DNA of 64,000 nucleotides, from positions 12,710,001-12,774,000 of the forward strand of contig NC_083223.1 in NCBI RefSeq assembly GCF_032191835.1. The letters run 5' to 3'. The first letter of the stretch is position 1. Each line of letters opens with the position of its first letter. Of this stretch, positions 1 to 11,354 are shown one piece after another. The DNA comes from Heteronotia binoei. Lineage: Eukaryota. Made by a program: the position numbers and the translations under genes. Under the pieces are notes generated by a model that saw only the letters and a list, made by a program, of their open reading frames with translations, ran no database searches and had not been told where the DNA came from.

Positions 1-462
1 ACGCCCCACCAAAAAGAAAGACAAAATCACCAAAGGACAAACTTGCAGTTCTTCCAACCATCCCAAGACAGGCTAAATTAAGTTCTTCTCAACCTAGCTG
101 GCATCGCTACTTGTTTCTCAAGCAAGTTTAGAGACTAGACACACGAAGCTCCCTTATACTGAATCGGATCATCAGTCCATCAAGGGTCAATGTGGTCTCC
201 TCCAACGGCAGTGGCTCTCCAGGGTCTCAGGCTGAGGTCTTCCCCATCTCCTAACTGCCTACTAATTCTATGGGAGACACCAGGGATTGAGCCTGGGACC
301 TTCTGCAGGCCAAGGAGGAGCTCTGCCACTGAGCCACAGCCCCTCCCCACTCTCCTAGCTCAGATTCATGACTTTAATGACTGCATAGAGTTTCCACCGT
401 AAGCACAGTAACATCCTTTCAAACCCCATGGACTTCAGCGGGTTTAAAAAGAATGCAACTGT

Positions 463-730
463 GGCTGATTCCACACAAGGCTTCCGTTTCTCTCCGGAGC
501 AAGCTAGCGATTTCGTACCAGCTGCTCCGCACCACCGTTTTGTGCAGGGGAAACCCACGATTTGCCACGCCACAGTGTAAACCTGAAAAAACAAGTTTAC
601 GTTGCGGTGCGGCAAATTGCAGGTTTTCCCCACGCGAAATGGTGGTGCAGAGCAGCTGGTGCGAAATTGCTAGCTTGCTCCAGAGAGAAAAGGAAGCCTG
701 GCACGGAGCAAGGTTAGTGCGGAATCAGCC
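463..730. mobile_element. Fold-back MITE-like element with GGCTGATTCC...GGAATCAGCC ends
   Basis: Imperfect inverted arms of about 125 bp; a left-arm-only relative lies at 13246-13390. Confidence 0.7.
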
Positions 731-1155
731 TATGTTTAGGATCACGCGGCTAATCTCAGAAGTATTTCCAGTCAATTATTCCTGACTGTCTGGTTTCCAG
801 ATTTCACAACCCTGAAGTCATTTTCATTGAACTTAAGTAAGTGCCTCCTACACGACATATAAAAGCTTTTCTTTTTTAAGCAAATAAGTCCCCCCCCCCC
901 CCTCAGTGCCTACATTTGTAGCTCCTAACAACTATTCCAGCAGCAGGACCCAATTAGAATTAGCTTTGGAGACCTCAAGAAGGGTCAGGTGCCGGAGCTC
1001 CACTCCACTTAACTGATCACTGCACTTCCAAAGAGATATTGACTCTTTCTGCTTAGCTGACTAATGCCCTTGCTGTAGTGCCTATTTATTTTTAACTTTT
1101 TACGCCGACTACAATATACTTTTCTGATATTTTGCTTTAAGACCGCTGAGCGAAA

Positions 1156-1386
1156 GACGGCGTTTTTACTGCTGGTGGCAGTGGAAAGTGCCATCAAGTC
1201 ACAGCTGAATTACGGCAATGCCATAAGGTTTTCAAGGCAAGAGGTGTTCAGAGGTGGTTTGCCATTGGCTGCAGAGCAACCCTGGACTTCCTTGGTGGTC
1301 TCCCGTCCAAGCACTAGCCAGGGCTGACCCTGCTTAGCTTCTGAGGTCTGATAAGACTGGGCTAGCCTGGGCCATCCAGGTCAAAG
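1156..1386 (-). mobile_element. 5S rRNA-derived SINE with Sauria/BovB-like 3' tail
   Basis: Minus strand of 1288-1386 reads as degenerate 5S (box A agctaagcagggtc, box C gtgcttggacgggagacc), followed by a ggcaaaccacctct...ccttgaaaacc tail. Confidence 0.75.
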
Positions 1387-1459
1387 TGGCCCCAATGATG
1401 CAGTGTTTTTTAAAAAGGGGCAACTAAGCTAATGATACTCTCTGACACCATAAATTCCT

Positions 1460-2180
1460 TATGACATCAGAGGCCCAGTTGACATCACAAAGGAGATGAG
1501 GCAGGCCAGGAGGTCAGAAGGGAAAAAGACTCCCCCGGCCCCTCCCACTAGCGACAGCCAATGAAACTCCCTGGCAACACAAGCTCTCTATGACAGGGGT
1601 GGCCAAAAGTAGCTCTCCAGATGTTTTCTACCTACAACTCCCATCAGCCCCAGCCAGCATGGCCAATGGCTGGGGCTGATGGGAGTTGTAGGCAAAAACC
1701 ATCTGGAGAGCTACCATTGGCCACCCCTGCTTATGACATCACAGGCCCAGTCAACATCACCAAGGAGATGAGGCAGGCAAGGAGGTCAGAATGGAAAAGG
1801 ACCCCCGCCCCTCCTCCCACTAGCAACAGCCAATGAGACACCCAGGCAACACAAGCTCTCTATGACATCAGAGGCCCAGTCGACATCACAAAGGAGATGA
1901 GGCAGGAAAGGGGGTCAGAAGGGGAAAAGACCCCCCTGCCCCCTCCCATTAGCAGCAGCCAATGACACTCTGTGGCAATGCAAGCTCTCTATGACATCAC
2001 AGGGCCTGCTGACATCACAAAGCAGATGAGGCAGGCAAGGAGGTCAGAAGGGGAGAAGACCCCCCTCCCACTAGCAACAGCCAATGAGACTCCCTGGCAA
2101 CACAAGCTCTCTATGACATCACAGGCCCTGCTGACATTACAAAGGAGATGAGGCAGGCAAGGAGGTCAGAAGGGGGAAAG
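1460..2180. repeat. Tandem repeat of about 129 bp (about 4.5 units) interrupted by a MITE
   Basis: tatgacatca recurs at 1460, 1589/1732, 1861, 1990 and 2112. Confidence 0.9.
1594..1729. mobile_element. Palindromic hAT-type MITE, 136 bp
   Basis: TIRs CAGGGGTGGCCAA / TTGGCCACCCCTG; near-perfect internal fold-back; TSD ctctatga / cttatga. Confidence 0.85.
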
Positions 2181-2228
2181 GCCAGCCAAGCTAAGGATGA
2201 CGGGTTGAAGGCAAGCCGTAATTTTATT

Positions 2229-2720
2229 TTAACTAATGGTGACCCTGTAGGTTTTTCAAGACAAGAGATATCAGCGGTGGTTCGCTGTTACCTGCCTCTG
2301 CATAATAACCCTGGACTTCCTTGGTGGTCTCCCTTCCAGGTACTACTGAGGTCAACTGTGGTTAGCTCCTGAGATCAGATGAAATCAGGCTAGCCGGGGC
2401 CATCCCAGTCAGAGTGGAAACGATTGGTGGGGGTGGAAAGGGTGGTGGAAAGCCCTATAGGGTTTTGAGGGCAAGAGATGTTCAGAGGACTACAACATAC
2501 CTTTACGGTATTTTGTTTTTAAAACATCGAGCGAAAGGCAGCGTTGTCTAGTGGTGATGGCAGCGGAAAGTGCCCTCAAGTCGTGGGGACTTTGCCATTG
2601 CCTGCTTCTGCATAGCAACCCTGGACTTGCTTGGTGGTCTCCTGTCCCAAGTGCCCACCCGGGAAGACCCTGTTTAGTTTCCAAGACCTCATGAGATCGG
2701 GCTAGCCCGGGACAGCCACT
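2229..2720 (-). mobile_element. Two to three further decayed 5S-derived SINE copies
   Basis: Repeats of caaccctggacttccttggtggtctcc...gctagcc at about 2305-2400 and 2615-2710. Confidence 0.65.
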
Positions 2721-3850
2721 TCAGCGCAGCATGTTAACTAGCCAAAGAAAGGGGGGGGGGGGATAGAAAAAGTGAACAAGGCCCCTACTGTCAGCTGTCA
2801 ATCACCTCCGGGAAGCAGAGAGAAAGAAAAAAACAAGACTCTCTGTGACGAACAGCAGGAATCAAATCATTTCTCATTGCCTTGTCTCTCTGTAAATACC
2901 AGGGCAGAAAAATACCAAAAGCTGCTGCCAGGGGTGGAATTCTAGCAGGAGCTTCTTTGCATATGAGGCCATGCCCCCTGATGTAGCCAATCTTCCAAGA
3001 GCTTACAGTAGGCCCTGTACTAAGAGCCCCATAAGCTCTTGGAGGACTGGCCACATCAGGGGTGTGTGGCCTCATATGCAAAGGAATTCCGCCGGAATCG
3101 AACTCACGTCATGAGCAGAGAGCTCTGACTGCAGTATTGCAGCTTTGCCATTCTGAGCCATGGGGCTCCTCCACATTTTTTTTTTTTTTGAAAGTTGAAA
3201 AGTACCAAAAAATAAGGGCCAAGAACTGAAAATTCAGGGCTTCCGGTGACATATATTACTCAAATGCCTAGCTCATTTTTTGATCTCCCCACCACCCAAG
3301 CCTATCCTTTCTTTTCTCTTCTTTTTACCCTATTTAATTTGTTTTGCAGCTAACACCACCCACACATCAAATCTTTGGCACACCTGACTCTTGGAAGATG
3401 AATTATACAAGTTACTGGCAAACCTGTTTCCATGTGTTGGCAATGCATCTCCTTCTAGATGAGCGGAAGGAACCAAAATCCCATATCACACCCAAAAAGA
3501 GGCAGATTGGGCGGTTACTCACGGGCTACCATTTTTTTCTTTATACTTCAGATTTAAACATGGAACATTTTTTTCTAAATATTTTTATTAACTCTAAAAG
3601 ATTACGAAGTTACAGTCTATTAAACAAAATCTAATACTCACGTGTGGCTGTTAGATTTATACAAAAAAATTGATTTTTAGTCAGTACGGAAATATCCATG
3701 ACAGAAATATCTTTTCTTAAGTATATCAAATAGAATATTCAATAAAGATACCATTTGTTGATACTATTTGGAACTTTGCCTTGAGAGATTAAATAATCTG
3801 TTTGAGTTACATTTGAGAAGGAATTTTAGCATGGAACGTTTTTAATAAAT

Positions 3851-3925
3851 CTGATGGAGAGAGCTGTGTTTCTCAGAAGCTTCCGCTACAATAAAATGTG
3901 TTAGTCTTAAAGGTGCTACTGGCCT
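3851..3925 (+). mobile_element. Penelope-like element terminal-repeat remnant
   Basis: gagagctgtgtttctcagaagct...aataaaatgtgttagtcttaaaggtgctact resembles recalled reptile Penelope pLTR ends; another remnant lies at about 19895-19990. Confidence 0.5.
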
Positions 3926-4030
3926 CTTTACCTTTTTAATAAGCCAGTTAAAACAAAGAACAAACAAACAAAAACATACACAGACCCAATCCCAAACCGT
4001 CTCTGGATAATGGTAGCAATGTTAATTGTT

Positions 4031-4277
4031 AGATGATGATGATGGATTTTCCCCCATCCCCCAATCTGAGTCTCATAGTGGCTCACAATCTCCTTTACCT
4101 TCTCCCTCCCCCACCAGACATCCTGTGAGGCAGGGGGGGCTGAGAGAGCTCTTGCGGCAGCTGCCCTTTCAAGGACAACCTCTGCCAGAGCTATGGCTGA
4201 CCCAAGGCCATTCCAGCAGCTGCAAGGGGAGGAGTGGGGAATCAAACTCGGTTCTCCCAGATAAGAGTATGCACACT
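4031..4277 (-). mobile_element. Squam3-like SINE, representative of many dispersed copies
   Basis: Same family at 8637-8866(-), 13815-14085(+), 19434-19705(-), 20009-20300(+), 23248-23457(+), 40297-40570(+), 41333-41588(+), 43376-43637(-), 57470-57680(-), 58116-58410(+), 59040-59150(+), 60661-60790(+), 60950-61130(+) and 63169-63390(-); boundaries approximate. Confidence 0.85.
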
Positions 4278-5179
4278 CCATCAGCCTCTGCCACAGAAAA
4301 TGCTTTTAGAGCTCCATTCTGTGTCCACTTTTTATCTTCTTCCCCTTGTTTGCTTCCTCCCTTGTCCTTCCTCTTCTTCGAGGCTTCTCTCCTGCTCCTT
4401 CTTTCTCCCTTTCCCAACTAAGGCTGCTCAAATCCAGGTTGGTGTAATGGTTAAAAAAGTGTCATAGAGAGCCAGTTTGGTGTAGTGACGAAGAGCAGTG
4501 GACTCTAATCTGGAGAAACGGGTTTGATTCCCCACTCCTCCCCATGCAGCCATCTGGGTGACAGAGACCAGTTCCCCTGTAGAAAATGGCAGATTCGGGA
4601 GGTGGGCTCTGTGGCACTGAGGTCCCTCCCCTTCCCAAAAACCACCCCCTTCCAGGCTCTGCTCCCAAATCTCCAAGGAATTTCTCAACCTGGCGTTGGG
4701 AAACCTACTCCCATCTGTCCCCTATTGACTTTTCCACCCTGGCTTATTCCAAACAACCGATGTCTCCAAACGCAGGCATTACATAGCCTCTAACCCCCCT
4801 CCTAAGCCGGCATGTTCTGGAAACCGTTTGAACGGCAGCTTTTCGAGCAGGAGTTCCCCCAATGTGGTGGGGCCCGAGGGCACCAAGGTACCCACTGAGG
4901 CCTTTCCTAGGTGATTTTTGATCAAATGACTGATGTCAAGTGGGGCTTTTAACTGCCAAATGGAGACTGGATTGGGTGTGCAGATTTTTAAAAATGCTGC
5001 TTTGGCGGCAGCCGCCACCAAAGCACACGGATCTTCACCGCGTTCCTGAAGGTGAGCTGCAGCAGCTATTTTGTGCCTCCGCCCACCATAGCATGCCAGA
5101 ATCCCAAAGATGCCCGCAGCCCAGAAAAGGTCGGAGACTCCTGGTTTAGCCATTTGTTGCCATCAGGGTTTTTTTTAAA

Positions 5180-5479
5180 GGGAGTCCCATGGCGCAGAGT
5201 GGTAAAGCTGCAGTACTGCAGTCCGAGCTCTCTGCTCACGACCTGAGTTCGATCCTGGCGGAAGCTGGGTTCAGGTAGTCGGCTCCAGGTTGACTCAGCC
5301 TTCCATCCTTCCAAAGTCGGTCAAAGGAGTCCCCAGCTTGTTGGGGGGGAAGTGTAGAGGACCGGGGAAGGCAATGGCAAACCACCCCGTAAAAAGTCTG
5401 CCGTGAAAACGTCGTGATGCGACGTCACCCCAGGGTCGGAAACGACTGGAGCTTGCACAGGGGACGGCCTTTACCTTTT
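5180..5479 (+). mobile_element. Sauria SINE
   Basis: tggcgcagagtggtaaagctgcagtactgcag head; ggcaatggcaaaccacccc core; (ACCTTT) tail. Confidence 0.9.
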
Positions 5480-6862
5480 TCGTCACCAGGGCTTTTTTTG
5501 AGCAGGAAGGCACAGGTACGCAGTTCTGGCTGGCTTAGCATCAGGGGGTGTGGCCCAGTATGCAAAATGAGTTCCTGCTCGGCTTTTCCTACCAACAAGC
5601 CCCGTGTGAAACAATGGTGATGGCAGGGGCGTGGCCTAATATGCAAATGAACTCCTGCTGGGGGTTTTCTACCCCCCCCCAAAAAGCCCTGGTTGTCATC
5701 ACGCACTACGTAAGTAACAGCTGGCCGACCAAATCGGAGACCAAAGCCTTCTCCCTTGTCCTTTTTGCTGCTTTTAGCCCAAAAGGCCAAGCGCTCGACG
5801 AAGGACTCTGCTGACCAGAAAGAAAGAGGACAGCCGCAGTGCAACTCCTTTAACTGGTACACAGGACCATTTGAACCGAAAGCTCCGCATTGCTGACGGC
5901 CGCAATGCCTTAACGCCGAGCGCGTCTTTGCAAAGGAAACGTCCGTTCTATTGGATCTTTCCACAGATCCTCCCCAGTCGCCAGACTTTTACGGTGGCCT
6001 TTGTCATATCGAATACGCTCAGCTGCTTGCCACATGGTGAAGGAGTGTTCGAGCCATTTAAAGATGTGTCTGACATCATTAATCTATTTGACCTTTGACC
6101 CCGGGGGATCTGAACTGTAGCTATGGTGACCAAAGCTTGCCCTTACAATGCTGAGAAACATTCGAGCCCAGCAGTATTTGGAGTCACATTGTTCGGCGGG
6201 ACAAAAGAGCAAAGGAGAAATGTGACGGTTTCTTAGTTGCCGGGGTCAGGAGGTCAATTGCACAAATTGCTTATTGTTGTCGGATAATCCCGACTACATA
6301 AATTGGTTTTCATTCTTTTGGGGGGGGGAAACTGTTTGAAATTATTATTTTTTTTAAAACAAAACTGAGAAAACTAGAATGAACCTAATGCTTTCTGCTA
6401 CTTACCAGAATATGTTCATTATAAAATGAAAACAATGTCCATAATTTCCCCTGAAAGCTTAAAGAGTTAAGACTGAGCTGTATTAACGCAGTAACTTCAA
6501 CGAATTACAATTCAGGGATAGCAAAGAGAGTTTACTAGCAATAATGTACTTTTTTTATTCTAATGCTCTGTTTTGCTAAAGAATGCAGCAACATTTACGA
6601 ACTGAACTTGTTTTTTCCCCGTTTGCAGGGGAAATAATTGCGCCAAAGTTTGCCAACCAGGCATATCAGAAACTTTGAACACACCTTAATCCAAAACATG
6701 CTAACTCAAAAACAAAGCCCAACAACTGCAGTAAACTTACTTCAAAGGCTCTGCTCACAGTATGGTCTTGAGTTGTAACCTTCAACATATTTACTTCATT
6801 AAAAACAACAACAAAAAGGAATGTTGGATCAATGATAGATCACAAAAGCTCTTGTGTATATA

Positions 6863-7515
6863 GGGAGGGCCGGTGGCTCAGTGGTAGAGCATCTGCTTGG
6901 TAAGCAGAAGGTCCCAGGTTCAATCCCCGGCATCTCCAACCAAAAAGGGTCCAGGCAAAGAGGTGTGAAAAACCTCAGCTTGAGACCCTGGAGAGCCGCT
7001 GCCAATCTGAGTAGGAAAGACTGACTTTGATGGACCGAGGGTCTGATTCAGTAGAAGGCAGCTTCATATGTTTAGGGAGGGACGGTGGCTCAGTGGTAGA
7101 GCATCTGCTTGGTAAGCAGAAGGTCCCAGATTCAATCCCCGGCATCTCCAACTAAAAAGGGTCCAGGCAAATAGGCGTGAAAAATTTCAGCTTGAGACCC
7201 TGGAGAGCTGCTGCCAATCTGAGTGGACAATACTGACTTTGATGGACCGAGGGGGGTCTGATTCAGTAGAAGGCAGCTTCATATGTTCATATATTTGGGG
7301 AGGACTCAGTGGTAAAGCATCTGCTTGGTAACCAGAAGGTCCCAGATTCAGTCCCCGGCATCTCCAACTAAAAAGGGTCCAGGCAAGTAGGCGTGAAAAA
7401 CCTCAGCTTGAGACCTTGGAGAGCCACTGCCAGAATGAGTAGACAAGACTGACTTTGATGGACCAAGGGGGGTCCGATTCAGTAGAAGGCAGCTTCATTC
7501 ATATATATGTTCATA
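6863..7515 (+). mobile_element. Three head-to-tail copies of a tRNA-derived SINE (about 215 bp each)
   Basis: Starts at 6863, 7075 and about 7297; A box tggctcagtggtaga, B box ggttcaatcc; tail cttcatatg(ttcatat). Confidence 0.9.
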
Positions 7516-8923
7516 TATTAGACCTGTGTCAATTTGGAAGGTGAAGCAGATCGAGTAAGAAGCTGTATTGTCCAGGACAAACCAGAAAGGAATGAAACTT
7601 CATCACAATGCATGAACGTTCGTCTATCATATTATTCACATCACACACAAGGTTAATATTTGAAAACAGAATAAATAGCATTCTGAAAACCTTGTTGCAC
7701 AGACAACTGATGAAATATTGACTCCGAAGCCCTTATAGTCTACAAAACAATTAAATTTATTGAGTAGCTTAACAAGGCGTTCTTTGAAAGTGGGGTGGAG
7801 GGGTTTTTTTTCTGTTTGTCTTGAACAGAATACAGTTATTAACCTTCAGGCAAAGGAAATTACCTCTCGAAATCCTGTGTTTAAGTTACACTGACATAGT
7901 GACAGAGGGGATGGAAGCCAGGAAATTTCAAAGTTAACGCTGAATCCCTTTCCTGAGTCCATGTTATTGTCCTTTATCCCTTTTACATTTAATTAAAACC
8001 TAGCTGTGGCCGGTTGGTAATAAGCCATACAGAAACCTGATTATGGGAATTGCTCGACTTCACGGCCTATTGTGCCAGACTTCCTCCCTCCAAGCCGGCC
8101 TGTACATCCCTCGCCTAATGTGAAACAGGGGAAAGGAAATCTAGAGGAGACCTTTGTTACCTTTTGTCCAAGCGAATGGAAAAAACTGTCCAGAAATGCC
8201 ACATAATATGTCTTTGCATGAAAGAGGCACAAACGTTATCAACGCGGTTATGCAGGAACTATCGCTTCTCAGTCTTTTCGACTAAGATCGAGTGTAGGGC
8301 AGCAAGGACTGTGTTGTCTTTCTTCTCCACGATTTCTAACAAAAATGTTCTAGCCCTTTGTCAAGGACGTCAACCCGCTGGCCCCGGGAGTTCCCAGAAC
8401 AAGAGCACACAAGTACCCAGACTGGCGCTATTAAAAATATACATTTATAAGGCTTTTTTGGGGAAATAAATATGAATAGAGCCAACTGATTACCAAAAGT
8501 GGCACAGGACCCAAAACCGTAAAGCTAGCTTTCATCTGCCTAACAATACTTAGGAACACGGTTAGGTGGGACGAAACTTACATCCAAAAGAAGGCCTCTA
8601 ACCAATGTAGGCTGGGATTTCAGCAGTTGTCAACAGAAGAAGAGCTGGTTTTATACCCCACCTTCCGCTACCCAAAGGAGTCTCAGAGCAGCTTACAATC
8701 ACCTCCCCTTCCTTTCCCTGCAACAGACACCCTGTGGGGCTGAGAGAGCTCTTGAGACAACTGTGGCTGGCCCAAGGTCACCCAGCTGGCTGCATGCGGA
8801 GAAGGAGTGGGGAATCGAACCTGGTTCTCTGGATCAGTGGCCACTGCTCTTAACCATTACACCAAGCTGGCTCTCAGGCCTCTCTGTCCACGAAGTCTCA
8901 GATACGTGATTAAGCCCCCGGAG

Positions 8924-9267
8924 CAGGAGTGGCCAAACTGTGCTGGAGAGCCACATGTGGCTCTTTCACACATACTGTGTGGCTCTCAAAGCCCCCACTG
9001 CCCCATCAGACAGCTTGGAGAAGGCATTCCCCAAGCCAAGCTAGCTGGCAGCTTGGAGAATGCATTTAAAGTTAAGGTTGCTTTCTTTCCACCTCTCCTT
9101 CCCTCCCGCTCCCATCTGTTTGCTTCCCTCCCTCCCTCCCTCCCTCCTCCCTCTCTCCCTTCCCTCTCTAACAGCTTTCAAACCTCTGACGTTCATGTCT
9201 TACGGCTCTCAAACAGCTGACATTCATTCCTTGTGGCTCTTACTTGAAGCAAGTTTGGCCACCCCTG
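8924..9267. mobile_element. hAT/Charlie-type MITE family with CAGGGGTGGCCAAAC TIRs
   Basis: Other copies: 32872-33175 (TSD tattaaac/tattagac), 43032-43345 (gcctacag/gcctagag), 52207-52509, 59626-60135 (exact ttctagac), partial 23455-23668. Confidence 0.85.
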
Positions 9268-9945
9268 CCCTGGAAGGGTATCATAATTACACTACTAACC
9301 CTCAAGTCAGGTGACAGTGGCATCCAGTTCTGGTCTTCCCCCTACCAACACTAAGAACACGTTCTCGTGAGAAGCCGCCGGCTCTGCCCTTAGAAACAGT
9401 AAGGGGCCAGGCAGGCCGAAGCACGGATATAGCAAAACTTGCAAGGAAGAAACAGGTTATTAGCTACACTGACTCTCGAGGGGAGGCAAGAATGATGCTT
9501 CACCTCACGTCCTTTCTCCTGGAAGACACTCAGCAGCCTAGGGTGTGACAATCCCCACCTTGGAGCCCCTCCCCCTGCTTCAAAGCTATCAGAAAACGGG
9601 GGCGGGCGAATGGCTGCGGGGCACTCCCCTGCACAGCGGGAATTACGCCAACAGGCAAGAAGCAGGAAATGAACGTGATGTGCCTATATAACCAAGAACT
9701 GACACAGGAAAGTCAGTGACGTCAGGGGTGATGCTCTGGTTTGGGGGTGAAACTTTATGGTGCAATAGAATTTTGCTCCCAAACAAGAGTGTCTTCCCCC
9801 CCACACGTCACTGATGTGCCTATGTCACTTCCTGGTGATGTAAGCACATCACGTTTATTTCCTGCTTCTCCCTCCCTGCTCCTGGAAAGCTAAGCCCCAT
9901 CCACCACTCGCTGAATCTGACTGACCTGGCAATCCTAAACCAGCC

Positions 9946-10155
9946 TAGTGCAGAGGTCAGAGTATTAGATTCGGATCCGGGAGACCCAGGTTCGAATCCC
10001 CACGCTGCCATGGAAGCACCGGGGGGACCTTGGGCCAGGCTTGTGCTTCCAGCAAGGTCGGAGAGAGGATTAAATGGAGGAGAGGAGAATAATATAAGCA
10101 GCTTTGGGTTCCCACCGGGAAGAAAGGTGGGGGTATAAATGAAGTAAAATGAAAT
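9946..10155 (+). mobile_element. tRNA-derived CORE-type SINE with (TAAA)-like tail
   Basis: ggttcgaatcccc B box; atggaggagaggagaat...ggtataaatgaagtaaaatgaaataataaa. Confidence 0.75.
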
Positions 10156-10686
10156 AATAAACTGTATGTATCCTAGCTCTCTGTGAACTATCAAGAGGGA
10201 CAGCACAGTTCCTAATGTAAAACACTGTGTTATGATGCCATCTCAAATATTTCAGGGCCCAGATTTCAGCTCTCCTTCCCTAAACTATCCTTTTGGGACA
10301 GATTGTCTAGAAAGAAAGAAATACACGTATATAACATATATGAACTCCTCCTTGCACTTTGTGGAGTGAAATAACTATATAGTGGGGGTCCCATCAAAGC
10401 CGTACAGCCCCAAGAGATAAGAGAAGATTCTAAGCCACATTTTTAGCAAAGCGAAACTCTCTTATGCAACAAAGCAAAACTCTATTAATAATTACCCCAG
10501 CAACTGGGGAAACTACTTGGGTACAGCCTGCAAAAACATACAGAAGCTGACTGTATTAGAGAAGTTAACCTGAGAAAGTTCAATGTAACTGTATGCAGAG
10601 TTAGAAAAGAGCCAGAGTCCAGGAGAACCGTAAAGACTAAAAACACTTGTGGAAGAGGAGGAGCTTTCGAGAGTTGCTGCATGCTT

Positions 10687-10901
10687 GAACATATGACATA
10701 TGAAGCTGCCTTCTACCAAATCAGGCCCTCGGTCCATCAAAGTCAGTATTGTCTACTCAGACTGGCAGCGGCTCTCCAGGGTCTCAAGCTGAGATTTTTC
10801 ACACCAATTTGCCTGGACCCTTTTTTGGAGATGCCAGGGATTGAACCTGGGACCTTCTGCTTACCAAGCAGATGCTCTACCACTGAGCTACCGTCCCTCC
10901 C
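10687..10901 (-). mobile_element. tRNA-derived SINE, same family as 6863-7515
   Basis: Reverse complement of the same unit. Confidence 0.9.
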
Positions 10902-11089
10902 CCGGGTACAGCTGGAATGTGAGTCCATATGGCCTTATATCTTGGATTTGAAATCACTCCAGTCTCCAAGATCTGAGGACAGAGCGTCCCCCATTCCAGC
11001 TGTATCTGAAGAAGTGAGCAGCAACTATCAAAAGCTCCTCTTCTCCCCTGCCACAAGTCTTGTTAGTCCTGAAGGCGCTACTGAACTCT

Positions 11090-11354
11090 GGACCGATTCC
11101 CCACTAGCCTTATGCCGCTCTCACACTCCTCTTCTCCGTGGGGCTTCCATCGGATTTCACTCTATCTGCCCCAGGGCTGCAACTAGTTTCACCTTTTTCG
11201 TGCGGCAAACAGAGATTGGTTTTTAGAGGATCTTGTTTGCTGCGCGAAAGAGGCAGAGCGAGTTGCAGCCCCGGGGCAGCTGGTGTGAAATCCGACCAAA
11301 GCCCCACGGAGAAGAGAAGAGTGAGAGCGACATAAGGCTAGTGGGGAACCGGCC
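11090..11354. mobile_element. Fold-back MITE-like element, near-perfect palindrome
   Basis: ggaccgattccccactagcc...ggctagtggggaaccggcc; the arms complement each other throughout. Confidence 0.75.

Noticed and set aside
1288-1386. 5S rRNA gene
   Set aside because: Diverged from 5S, fused to a LINE-like tail, and present as several decayed copies
6863-6940. tRNA gene with a GGT anticodon
   Set aside because: The acceptor stem is irregular, and the head continues into a conserved SINE body present in many copies
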